In this document: piece after piece, positions 25,501 to 37,086 of the stretch
Numbering within the stretch: the first letter of the stretch is position 1
Layout of the letters: every line of letters starts with the position of its first letter
DNA from: Lytechinus pictus
Taxonomy: Eukaryota
NCBI RefSeq assembly: GCF_037042905.1
Contig: NC_087256.1
Location: forward strand, 26,908,001 to 26,972,000
Direction: 5' to 3'
DNA: 64,000 bases
The notes under the pieces: generated by a model
What the model was told of the DNA's origin: nothing
Database searches by the model: none
What the model saw: only the letters and a program-made list of their open reading frames with translations
Translations under genes and position numbers: made by a program

Positions 25501-27465
25501 GCAGTAATTAACAAAACATTAATTGGTTTCAAGGTGAAGTCCACCATTACAACTCTACACTCTAATCTTTATCATCATGTCTTATCCTATCCTAAAATCC
25601 TACATCCTAATCCTATATCCTATTCCTATCATCCTACACCTATCCACTGTATCCTGTCATTGACTCCTATATATAGAGCAACTTTGCTATACTTGGCAGA
25701 ATACAGTTAATATCATTTTCCACACTTAACCTTGAAAATTTCACTTAGAATAATATGTTTTGATTATAAATGATATGGTAAAGGAGCCACATACTTTTCT
25801 GAAACTTTTCATGGTGGAAATATTGAATAAACATAAATACTCTCATTATTATAGCAATATTACCTAAAATTTTGGTCATTTACTGATGTAATGAATATTC
25901 ATGAGTGCATAATCATTTTGTCCAGATGAGGCAGGTATGGCAGCGTTGGTCCAATGTTGGTCCAACGTTGGGTGACGTTGATCCAACGTTGGTATAATGT
26001 TGGTCCAATGTTGATGGAAAGTTGATTCAACTTTAGTCCAATCTTAGTCCAACGTTGGCGTAAACGTTGATTTGATGTTTGTCTAATATCGGTTAAATGT
26101 TCTTGTAACATTGATTCTTTGTTGGTCTAATTTTAAACAAATCCAACGATGCGCCATCTCCATCAAACAGTTTTCAACACTGTGCCATCATCATCTGTAA
26201 CCTGTTCATGATTCTATAAAAAAAACATTACAACTATTATTACAGCTATTCATTTTTTTTCATTCTTTCTGTCACAAGTCTCTTCACATAATTAAGAGGA
26301 ATCAAGAGAATTACGTGTGATATTTATTGAGGCCTTTGTAGCATTCAAACTTTTTTGACATCCTCTTTTTCTCAAACAAGACTAATACCCAAAAAACATA
26401 TGCATATGTAATAAGAATTAAGATGTATTACATTTTCTTGCGAGTTGCAATCTCTGTTTCTGTCTACAATTGTTTAATGACTCGGTATGCAATGCCAATT
26501 GCAACGTCAGTAATCATCACAAAAACTCACATGTGTAATTGCAGTCTCTCAGTACTTACAAAATCTAAAAAGGAGGTCGCGTAGCTTGGCCTCACTCAGA
26601 GTAATGTAGCTACTGCCTACTGTAACTAAAGAGTGCCTCTTTTTTATTAAGATAGAAGTCAACTGATATCTCAATATGCATGGCCATGGCCTAGTCTCGC
26701 TCGTGCCATAACTATTAAATGATATTTCATCAGCGTCAAGTGTAGCATGCCTCACATAGCAACTACAGGTTTGACTGCAGTTGGAAAACACTCGGTCCAG
26801 GCTAGGCCAGGCAGGACCGACCAGGTCAATTCAAGGCAGCGTATAATAAATAAGGCAGGAATGCCAGGTAGCAAGTCATTGGGTGATTTCAAGTACGGTG
26901 TACGGTGTTGAGAGTGTGAAAGGGCTGCTGAACTGAGCTCCAACACCAAGCGTAATATTATTTTTCATTGAAATGTATTAAAACTCTAATGATTTGCTCT
27001 AATCTTAAATGTAAAAGATAATTTTACGGAAATGGTTCGTCGTGTTCACCCCCTGTTCGTGAGCTACAGTTCATCAACACCAACACTGAACTTTAAATCA
27101 CGATTCTCCCAATCCCTGGGGGTCGGTGTTGCTGAATGGGGAAATTGCATGTAGATCATCAACACCATGCAGCCACAGTGCAGTGTTGGGTTCAGCAGAT
27201 GACAATCAACACCAGCCTTCAACACAAACTGCCGGAAATACACCATATTTTCCGAGGTCAATCTCAACACCAGCCTGATTCAAGTATGGTGTTGTCACAA
27301 CAACAACACCAGATTTCAACACTGTACTTGAAATTATTGCAATCACCCAATGACTGTTGACTTGCCCTTGGTATCGCATACTCGTTCCCACTCACACGTA
27401 TTGCGAGGTTAGTATTAGTCACTCACACAAGCTAATTACGAGGTTAGTTAGTATAGTTACGTATT

Positions 27466-28277
27466 GTATTACCGGACACTATCATGATTCCGGACGCGCA
27501 TAGTACTGCGTACGAAAACAATTTCGTACCGAGCAATACATAGAACAAGATTGCTAAAACAAGGCGAAAAAATCAAACTTTTACCTTATTTATCTCTAAA
27601 ATGACAGAAAATGATTAAAATATCATATAAGGTAGTTTTGCATTAACAATTGATATATTTTCTGATGAAAAAATGGGCCTGATTTTGCCGAATTTCAGTC
27701 TCGTCCGCTCCTTTGATCGAATGATGAAGTGTGGTGTATTGTGGTTAATCGTCGACGGCTAGACTCGAGGTATACCGTGCGTGAGGTTTACCGTGACTAG
27801 AGCCGTCTATCGACAGCTCATCAAACCTGATGAGCGTTACGACTACAAACGAGCATAGTATTGGACAGTGCCATGGAACATGCAGCTGAGAAGTCAAAAT
27901 AAAATTTATCAAACACGAATTTATTACCAACATCTGCTCAGATTTGATGTGAAAAAAAAAAAACATAAGCTTAGAATTTATGTATGATATGATATATGAA
28001 GAAAAATTCACACAAATTCTTTCTTACATCATTATAATGGAGAATATCTTTACCCGTCCGGCGCGCGTCCGGAATCATGATGAAATTTGTCGCGCGCGAA
28101 AATAACTGTTTTTCGTGGAGGGGTATGCGACAATTGCGATGCAAAGAAAACGGTTGGTAAATATAAAATAATTTTATCATATTCATAATTTTTGGAATAG
28201 CAAGTGCAAATATTTCTTGATTGTATTTCCTCTAGTTGTCATTTTTAAAGCACTGAAATAAAGGTGTCCGGTAATAC
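27466..28277. mobile_element. Probable MITE with nested inverted repeats
   Basis: GTATTACCGGACAC (27466) / GTGTCCGGTAATAC (28264), and ATCATGATTCCGGACGCGC (27481) / GCGCGTCCGGAATCATGAT (28063). Confidence 0.55.
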
Positions 28278-29619
28278 TAATAGGATACACTGCCATATGT
28301 TATACTCACTCTAGGCACCAAGGCTATTAATTCCTGTGTTAAAAAAGTGAGTGCACGCGAATTAAATGTTGGACTTAAATTACTAGATCTTACCATGGAG
28401 CTCCATGACGAAATCTATTTTTAAATTAGACTCTAGATATTACTAAATGGAAAAAAATGTATAAATAGTACTCGCCTTGTCTTTTCTTGGGGGTATTGAA
28501 GCCTTTTTGTACAGAACTTGCTCAACTTAAAAATAAAATAAAAGAAAGAAAGAGGGCCAATGTAGGCATACATGGCGCGTGGGAATAAAGTTGCTTTATA
28601 TGTTCCAAGCGAGTGAAGCAAGCGAGAAAAAAACTTTTCGTGCAAATCTAAATTTGAGATAGATATCTTAACTTACACTTTTCCTTTTCTTTTCATTAAT
28701 TCCCTTCATTTCTTTTTTATCTTGGTTGTAGAACTTTCGGGGGCCCCTGGGCCTAACCCTTCCATCGTGTACCCCCAGTGCAATATCAGCAGGTGGGTCT
28801 CGATAACTCTGGATATTTAGCAATTAGACCTATTTATAGAAAAACATAACGTTAATGTTTTGACCCCTTCCCCCCAAAAAAAGGAAAAACAATTATAAAC
28901 TAAGTTATATACATCCCCCTTTTCTCATTTCGCTTTTTATTTTCTCTATTCCCTCCTTATTTTTTTTTGGGGGGAGGGACCTTTTCGGGGGGCACCGCCC
29001 CTAGTTACGCGCCTACCAGATGAAGAGGCGAGCGAGCAAAACCTTTGTCACTTTTATTACAAATATCAATTTTGCAATAGATTTTGACATAACATTCGGA
29101 ATTATTCTCGCATGCATTTTTCTTTCGTTTTGCTTTTTTATGGCCTTTTATTTCTCTTCCCTTTCTCTTTCTGTCTTTCTTTCTTTTCCTTCCTTCATTC
29201 CTTTTCTCTTATCCCGTTTTTTTTTGGTGAAATCCACTGGACCGGGGATCAAGGGCCAGCCTGCATGCCCCCGGCGGTATACGCCTCTGCCGTGGATGTA
29301 AGCTATATAAACGCATGATCTTAATCTTCATTATGATTCAAACTATATGGAGGCGCATCCAAGATTTTCCAAATTAAGTAGGGGGGGGGGGCGGGGTGAA
29401 TTTTCTCAAGTAAAATTTGACAACTCCCAAAAAAGGTTCTTACTAAAAAAAAAAACCGGTCATTATATTGTCTCGCGTAAAGTTTGACAAGTTAAAAAAA
29501 AAATGGTCACTCAAAATGAAAGTCATGTTGTCCGCGTAATATTCGGCAAGCCCCCCCCCCCCCACAAAAATAAGAAAAGGGAAAGCCATTTTGTCCACGT
29601 GATATTTGGCAACCCCCCC

Positions 29620-29650
<31 letters not shown>

Positions 29651-30535
29651 TTTTAACTATAGCAATGATCGAAGGTCATTTTGTCTCGCGTAAAATTTGA
29701 CAATTTTTTTATAAAGTTGTCACTAAAAAGGTCATTTTTTCCACCATTGATTATATTTGGCAAGCCCCCAACCCCCACCCCCATAAAAAAGTTTGTCCCT
29801 AAAAGTGATGTATAGAAAGTCATATTGTTAATTTGTTCCCAGTAAAATTTTGAATTTGGCAATAAAAAAAAAAGGCCAAAAAGAGAAAAGAATATGAACG
29901 AAATATCCCCATTACAAATAATGCTGTACGTGATTCTCATGAGGGGGGGGGGGCACATAACTAGTATTAACAACATATTTAATTCCAAAATGTTTACTAT
30001 AAATCTCAAAAGGGGGAACGGGCAGAAATGCTCACCCCAACCCCCCCGCCACTGATTCCAATCAATAATGACTTTTCTCTGCAATACTAATGCTTTGAAA
30101 TCAAGATACTGAAGATTGATACGCTTAACATAAATTATGAACGTCTGACAAAAAGATAACCAACCGATCACCTGAGCTAGCTGACCGATCAGCTGACCAG
30201 TACGCGTATCACTTCGGAGTTGATCACTCGTCGCAGGTGTGTGGAACGCTCACCGAAAATCAACAAAAAGGGCCTGAAATGTAAGTTTAACAATAATCCA
30301 TTTTAATTTCAACCCTATTTTTAGAACTTACTCAATTAAATGCGACCAAATAAAAGTTATATCTTAACACTGCACCTTGTATTAATGCGTACATTTACCA
30401 AAGTCTTGGGTTGGAAATCAGAACAGCATTGTCCAACCCATAATTTGGGTAATGTCGCCTATGAGGTCCATACATGTTAATGTTTGGACCTCATTGGTAC
30501 TAGGAGTGGTTATACTGTGCAGTGACTGGTGTTAA

Positions 30536-31125
30536 AGGAGAATGAAACCCTTGAAACCAGCTGAATCCATATCAAAGAGAAAAATCAAAGAAACATATTG
30601 TTGAAAGTTTGAGGAAGATTGAATGAATTATAAGAAAGTTATGAGCATTTGAATATTGAGATCACTAATGCCATGTAGTTCCTCCCATTGGCAATGCGAC
30701 CAAGATCTGTGATGTCACACACGTACAACTCCCTCATTACTTAAGTACTTATTTCACTTATATTCTCACTTTTATAGAGTCTATCACAATGTAAGGTGTT
30801 CTCTTTATGAGAGGACAAGTACAGAGGTTCCACAACATTATATCATTGATGAATCGTTTGTCATATGATTAGAATGAGCAAAAAGAGATGTTTTGGGGTA
30901 TATTTTCAGTGTCCAAAAGGGGAGAGTTGTTCATCTGTGACATCATAGATCTTGGTCGCATTGCCAATGGGAGGATCTCCTTAGGCTTAGCATTAGTGAT
31001 CTCGATATTCAAATGCTCATAACTCTTCTATTCATAGTCCTATTTTACTCAAAATTTTGTTGATCTTATTCTTTGATTTTTCTGCTTTCACAAAAGCTAA
31101 CTTGCTCCAAGAGTTTCCTTCTCCT
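30536..31125. mobile_element. Kolobok-like non-autonomous element
   Basis: TTAA-AGGAGAA..TTCTCCT-TTAA, plus a long internal inverted repeat (30640-30718 vs 30937-31022). Confidence 0.85.
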
Positions 31126-31929
31126 TTAAGTACTACTTTACTACTACTTACACGAACATAATAGCGTCGGACTGTACGCGCACAGAAGCTGACTCCGGAG
31201 TCCGGGATCTTTCGGAGGGGATCAATGGTTGCAGTTACCGATTATCTGCAAGTGCAAATAAAATTCCACTGTAGATTGTAGGTCCTAAATATGCAGCTTA
31301 TAAGTACTGTTCCAGATCACTAGATATTCTGGAATTTAATTGTAATATCCAGTCCAAATTCTGCCAGATTCTTCAAGTTCAAAATTGAAGGAAGCAGACT
31401 ACACAGACATGACAAAAGGAGTCCGACGTCGCGACTAATTTTGCGCATCAGAATAGTATGGTATTTTTAAATAGGCACATTTGATGCTTGTATTTCCTTC
31501 TTCAATTTCTTCTAGTTATTATGTGATGTTAGGCCTATGACATATCTCGTACTTACTGTGAAACACCTAGCCAGCTGCAAAGGACGAGGGCGTTTCTGGA
31601 AATTCTGGTCTTGAACTACATTTTTTTCTTGTTTTTCTCCTTTATTTTCTATATTAATCGACACATTTGCATCCCCCGGTGCATGCAGCCTCTCTATTCT
31701 ACCTCATCTTTATTTTTGTTTTCCCCTTAGACTTAGTTTTAGTTCCTCTTTCCCTTCCCATTATTTTCCTTCTCTCTCGATTTATTTTCCCCTTATTGCT
31801 GGGGGATACCAAGGGTGACATGGATAGACAAGCAAACTTACTTGATCGACCCCCCCCCCCCCTTGGCCCCAATGGAAATTATGCGAGTAGTCGTCTGTAT
31901 ATCATTATCAATTCTTCAATGAACCAGTT

Positions 31930-33315
31930 TCTAACGTTCTCAACACTGGGTATATTATGCCGGGATATTATGTTGACTGTCAAACAAATATCCAACAAAC
32001 TATAGTTTCCAACATTGTGTCAATGTTAACTGTCAACAACTCTCCAATAAACTATTCCGAACGCTCCACGTTGTGCCATTGTCCGTTGTTCAACAACTCT
32101 CCATCAAACTAGTTTCCAACTTTGCCAACGTTGTGCCATTGTCGACTGTCCAACAAATCTCCAAGAAAATAGTTTCCAACGTTGTTCCTTTGTCGGTTGT
32201 TCAGCAACTCTCCATCGAACTACTAGTAGTTTCCGACGTAGTCAACGCTGTGCCTTTGTTGGCTGTTCAACACCTATCCAATCAAACACGCGTTTCCAAC
32301 GTTGTGACGTTGTTGGCTGCATGTCCAACAAATCTCCAACACACTAGTTTCCAATGTTGTGCCATTGTCTGTTGTTCAACAGCTTTCCAACGTTGCCAAC
32401 GTTGTGTCATCGTCGACTATCCTACTGATCTCCAATCTACCAGTTTCCAACGTTGTGCCAGTGTCAGTTGTTCAACAACTTTCCATCTAACTAGTTTCCA
32501 GCTTTATCAACGTTGTGTCATTGTATACTATCTAACTAATCTCCAATCTACCAGTTTCCAACGTTGTGCCATCGTCGACTGTCCAACAAATCTCCATCGA
32601 ACTAGTTTCTATAGCTTTGACAACGTTGTGCCATAGTTGGTTGTTCAACAACTTTCCATCGAACTAGTTTCCAACGTTGCCAACCTTGTGTCATCGTCGA
32701 CTATCCAACTAATCTCCAACCTACTAGTTTCCATCGTTCTGCCATTGTCGACTGTCCAACAACTCTCCAACTAACAAGTTTCCAACGTTGCCAACGTCGT
32801 GTCATTGTTGATTGTTCAACAACTTTCCAGCAAACTAGTTTCCAACGTTGCCAACGTTGTGCCTTTGCTGGCTGTCAACAACTATCCAATCAAACGTGTC
32901 TCCAACGTTGTGACATTGTCGACTGTCCAACAACTCTCCAACTTACTAGTCTCCAACGTTGTGCCATTGTCGACTGTCCAACAAATCTCCAACAAACTAG
33001 TTTCCAACTTTGTCAACGTTGTGCCATTGTCGGTTGTTCAACAACTTTCCAGCGAACTAGTTTCCAACGTTGCCAACGTTGTGCCATTGCTAGCTGTTCA
33101 ACAACAATCAAATCAAACGTGTTTCCAACGTTGTGACATTGTCGACTGTCCAACAACTCTCCAACTAACAAGTTTCCAACGTTGCAACGTCGTGTCATTG
33201 TTGATTGTCCATCATCTTTCCATCAAACTAGTTTCCAACGTCGATTCAACGTTAATCCATCAAGTTTTTCCAACGTCCAACGACTTTCAAGTTTCCAACG
33301 TGGAGCCAACGTTGG
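31930..33315. repeat. Degenerate 41/50-bp tandem array (right subterminal region of the CCCAG element)
   Basis: Unit approximately CAACGTTGTGCCATTGTCGACTGTCCAACAAATCTCCAACAAACTAGTTTC. Confidence 0.9.
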
Positions 33316-33731
33316 CTTGTTACCTGGGTTATTTATAAATAATGAAAAACAAATAATCATTATTTGTAAATAATGAAAAACAAATAATCATTATTTGTAA
33401 ATAATGAAAAACAAATAATCATTATATATAAATAATGAAAAACAAATAATCATTATTTATAAATAATGAAAAACAAATAATCATTATTTATAAATAATGA
33501 AAAACAAATAATCATTATTTATAAATAATGGAATGTCGAACTATTATTATTTACAAATAATGAAGTATTACTTGGAATTATATATAAATAATTAGAAATG
33601 ATATTTTATATAATAGTAGTTATTTACAAATAAAATGTAAATTATATATAAATAATAGTTATTATTTAACAAATAATGATTATATAACAAATAATTGTTC
33701 TATATAATATTGGTACATTCGGCGCCTCATA

Positions 33732-34528
33732 GTCATACGCTAGGAAAGCGAGTAGTGATCTCCCGTCTTCACAACCAATCGGAGGTAAGCCTATCTTCAT
33801 TAAACACAAGGACATACCATCAGTAAATGAAAATACGCTAACAAACCAGGAAGTATACAAATGTCTACTGAGTAGCGTACAAGGACGTGAAATAAAGGGA
33901 GTGCAGAAAATTGGAGGCCTTTGGAGACTCTATATCAAGAGTCAAAACTCTAGAATAAAACTCATTACAAATGGAATAAATATGAGAAACGCAAACGTAA
34001 CAGTGTACGACAAAAACCCTTTTCTTTCCGCTGGGAAAGAAAATAGCCTACGCCTAGTGATTAGAGATATCCCCCTATCTGCACATGATACTTTGATAGC
34101 TGATGAACTTGATAATTGAACTGTAAGATACTTGGTCCTATAATCTACCAGAGGCTAAGGGTGGATGGTCAATTGACGGACTGCTTCACTGGTGACAGAG
34201 TTGTGTACATACAGTCGCCCCCAAACCCTTGCCCAGATTCATGAACTTTGGCCCCTTCAAAGGGAAGATATTTCACTTTGGCCAGATCCCATCTACCCCT
34301 TGATCTACTGTGGTGGGTTCAAGATGTCTGAGCGAAGGTCATCACCGCTCACTGTGTAGCAAGGCCATCTTCAAATGCAGTGCTCTTTTGATGCCACGCC
34401 CACCTCGCAGAGCAATACCTTTGATAGCCACGCCGAAGATCTGACGGCAGCCACAGCCAGCCCAGCGGAACAAGCCATTGACCAGCTTGTAGCTTCGAAA
34501 CGCCAAGCGAGTTCGCTCAAGCATTAAC
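33732..34528 (+). pseudogene. Tx1/L1-type ORF1 (gag-like, CCHC knuckle) remnant, 3'-truncated
   Basis: IKGVQKIGGLWRLYIKS..VTVYDKNPF..LRLVIRDIPLS..LTDCFTGDRVVYI. Frameshifted, and the second knuckle is deleted near 34361 relative to later copies. Confidence 0.8.
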
Positions 34529-36616
34529 AAAACTTTATTTTTTAATGGCATTTGAAAGATAGGACTTCGTAGCACCTATTAACACCAACATTTTATAGAC
34601 TTTTCAAATCTGTCCCGTTTTTTTTTATACGCACTGTAGTAGCACGGAAATAGAAAGGATGTAAGCGTACGCATCTCGTATATAAAGTATTCAAAACCTC
34701 CGGTAAAACGTACCCCACTTCCATCCGCTTTCATGCGCTAGGCTTCCGATAAACATTCATTTAACATCCCCACTACATACTTCCCAAGTCCGTTTTTATT
34801 CGCTCTGTTTTCGCAAATTTTCGCCACTTTTATCTATTTCTAGAGCGGATAAAAACGGATAAGAGCCACCCCCGAAATGTTGCTCGTCCGCTGTGTCCTT
34901 TTTGCAAACGTTTTGTATCCGTCGGCCAGTGGGACCAGGTTCTAATTCTCATACTGTTGGTTTCGAACGTGCTTCAGAGCTTTGTGTTCAAATTTCACGA
35001 AATATTGTTTTCATCAAAATGGACGTTTTTTTAAGATTTGGGTAGGTGCACGGGTCTCCAAAAAAAATTTCAAAAGTCAAAGTGGTCCTCGAGTAAAAAA
35101 AGGTTGAGAGGCGCTGTCATACATATAGGGGAATCATAGGGGTATCACGTCGCATTCAATTTAGGGCCTACTGTTATACGTATGCACATGTAGGCTATTT
35201 TACGGGGGGGGGGCTAAGTAGTCAAGTTACGGTTACCTTGGCGACAACTGTAATTTTTGATATGATATTGTAAGATAATAATTTCAGCCCAGAAGTAGCA
35301 TAGGTGTAGGGTATTTGTAACATAATAAAGTTCATGTACGTCGTATAGTCGTATAAATAAACGTTTTGTATTGAATCAATAAACCTGATAAAACAGACAT
35401 TCTGACGCGAACCCTCCCCCCCCCCCTATATCCGTACGGTAACCTTCTCGTTTAAAAGGGTTGATTTACACTGTTAGAAAATTTATCCTTAAAATAAAAG
35501 AAGTTCCTGCAGCAGAGTCTCGAGAACACCTGTAATATTACCCGATTGCGTAATTTTACAGGAAATTGGTATTTGGTGTATGGAATCTTACAAATTTCCT
35601 TAAATAAAACACCCTTTGCCCCTTTTTAAACAGACCTGTTCTGTTAAATTGCAGAAAAATTCCTGTTTTAGGAATTTACAGAATGATTCTGTTACTGCTT
35701 TCTGCAAAATATTTTTTTTCCTGCAAAATCAGGGTGTTTTTAACAGTGTAGTTTGTAAAGTTATAAGTAGGCCTATCTTTTGACCCTCTGTGGAGCTAAT
35801 CTATGACGTTGTACATAAGCATTTATATAATTATATTGGGGGCCCTACATATGTAATTTGTCCAACTTAAACTTAATTGGAGGACTTGATTAGCCCCGAT
35901 CAAAGAGTTCCAATCCGATATCACGACAATTAAAATTTAAACTAATTGCTCATGGGGCGATCACTTATCAAAATTTTAAACGGGCGGCTGCGGGATGACC
36001 GTCAAAATACAAAATTGCCTTGATCTATCAAACCGTACTTCAAATCCTGGGAGTGTTTCACAAAAAAGTTTGACTTAGAGTCGCACTTAAAGGACAAGTC
36101 CACTCCAACACAAAGTTTATTTGAATAAAAAGAGAAAAATTCAACGAGCTAAACACTGAAAATTTCATCAAAATCGCATGTAAAATAAGAAAGTTATGAC
36201 ATTTTAAAGTTTCGCTTAATTTCACAAAACAGTTATGCACATCCTGGTTGGCTTGCAAATGAGGAGACTGGTGACGTCATCCACTCACTATTTACTTTGT
36301 ATTTTATTACATGAAATGTGAAATATTCTAATTTTCCCCTCCCTGTCAAGTGAAACAAAGATTAATTCCTCCCTGAACACCTGGAATTATCATTATTCTA
36401 ATACTATATGGTTTAGTCAAGTTGACCCTTATTGTCAAACCTGTAAAAATGAAATATTGTATAAGCAACAAAAAAAAAACAGTGAGTGAGGGACAGTTGT
36501 GCATACAACTGTTTTGTGGAAAATAGCATTAGCCGACATGGTCATTTGACGAAGTGGCACTATCATAACACCCCCCTGGATCCACCTATGCAGTTGATGG
36601 CGAGAAGAGCGGAGAA

Positions 36617-37086
36617 GGGCACACATGAGTATTACAGACCCCCATTCACTCACGTGTTATATCATAGCTCATCAAAAAATCATTAAAAATCAATCCCTCG
36701 ATAGATTTTGCTTTAATTCACTGACATTAGTCACAATTAACAGTACATTAAGACTTGATATGTTAATCAGGTACTTGCCCAGCTCAATCAAAAGTTAAAT
36801 GGCCTGAAATAAGACTAACCATAATTTCGGCCAGTTCATTGCCAGAAAAAACATAACTGCATTGTGGGTAATAATAATTAAAATGAAAGACAAAAATGCA
36901 GTCTAGCCTCCCCAAACGCCTTAATTATGAAAGAGTATGAACATAGCATTATCTCTATTGTTCTTCTTTTGATATACAAACATTTGATCTATTTATAATG
37001 AATTATTTTAATCAATAAAGTCATGTGATCTTTACTTACGCCTGTCCGGCATGCTTTGCGCGGAGATGAATTACTCTCGTGTGCCC
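36617..37086. mobile_element. 470-bp MITE, left copy (GGGCACAC..GTGTGCCC; Sola2-like termini)
   Basis: Imperfect ~20-bp TIR; near-identical direct copy at 39113-39578. Confidence 0.85.

Larger units (their letters stand above)
24921..33328. mobile_element. 8.4-kb non-autonomous DNA element, CCCAG termini (EnSpm/CACTA-like), nested in the foldback arm
   Basis: TIR CCCAGGTAACAA..TTGTTACCTGGG with TT on both flanks. It interrupts one 31-bp repeat unit and has subterminal CAACGTTG arrays. No transposase ORF seen. Confidence 0.88.
21624..33731. mobile_element. Palindromic foldback element (~3.7 kb without the nested insert), 6-bp TSD GTCATA
   Basis: TATGAGGCGCCGAATGTACC.. at 21624 and its exact inverse ending at 33731. 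Left arm 21624-23480; right arm 23546-24920 plus 33329-33731; spacer ~65 bp. GTCATA at 21618-21623 and 33732-33737. Confidence 0.93.

Noticed and set aside
29340-30171. 172-aa minus-strand ORF
   Set aside because: Low-complexity translation of a degenerate hAT-like repeat with poly-A/poly-C tracts.
32073-33338. 187-aa and 179-aa repetitive ORFs (also 24940-25547)
   Set aside because: By-products of stop-poor CAACGTTG tandem arrays.
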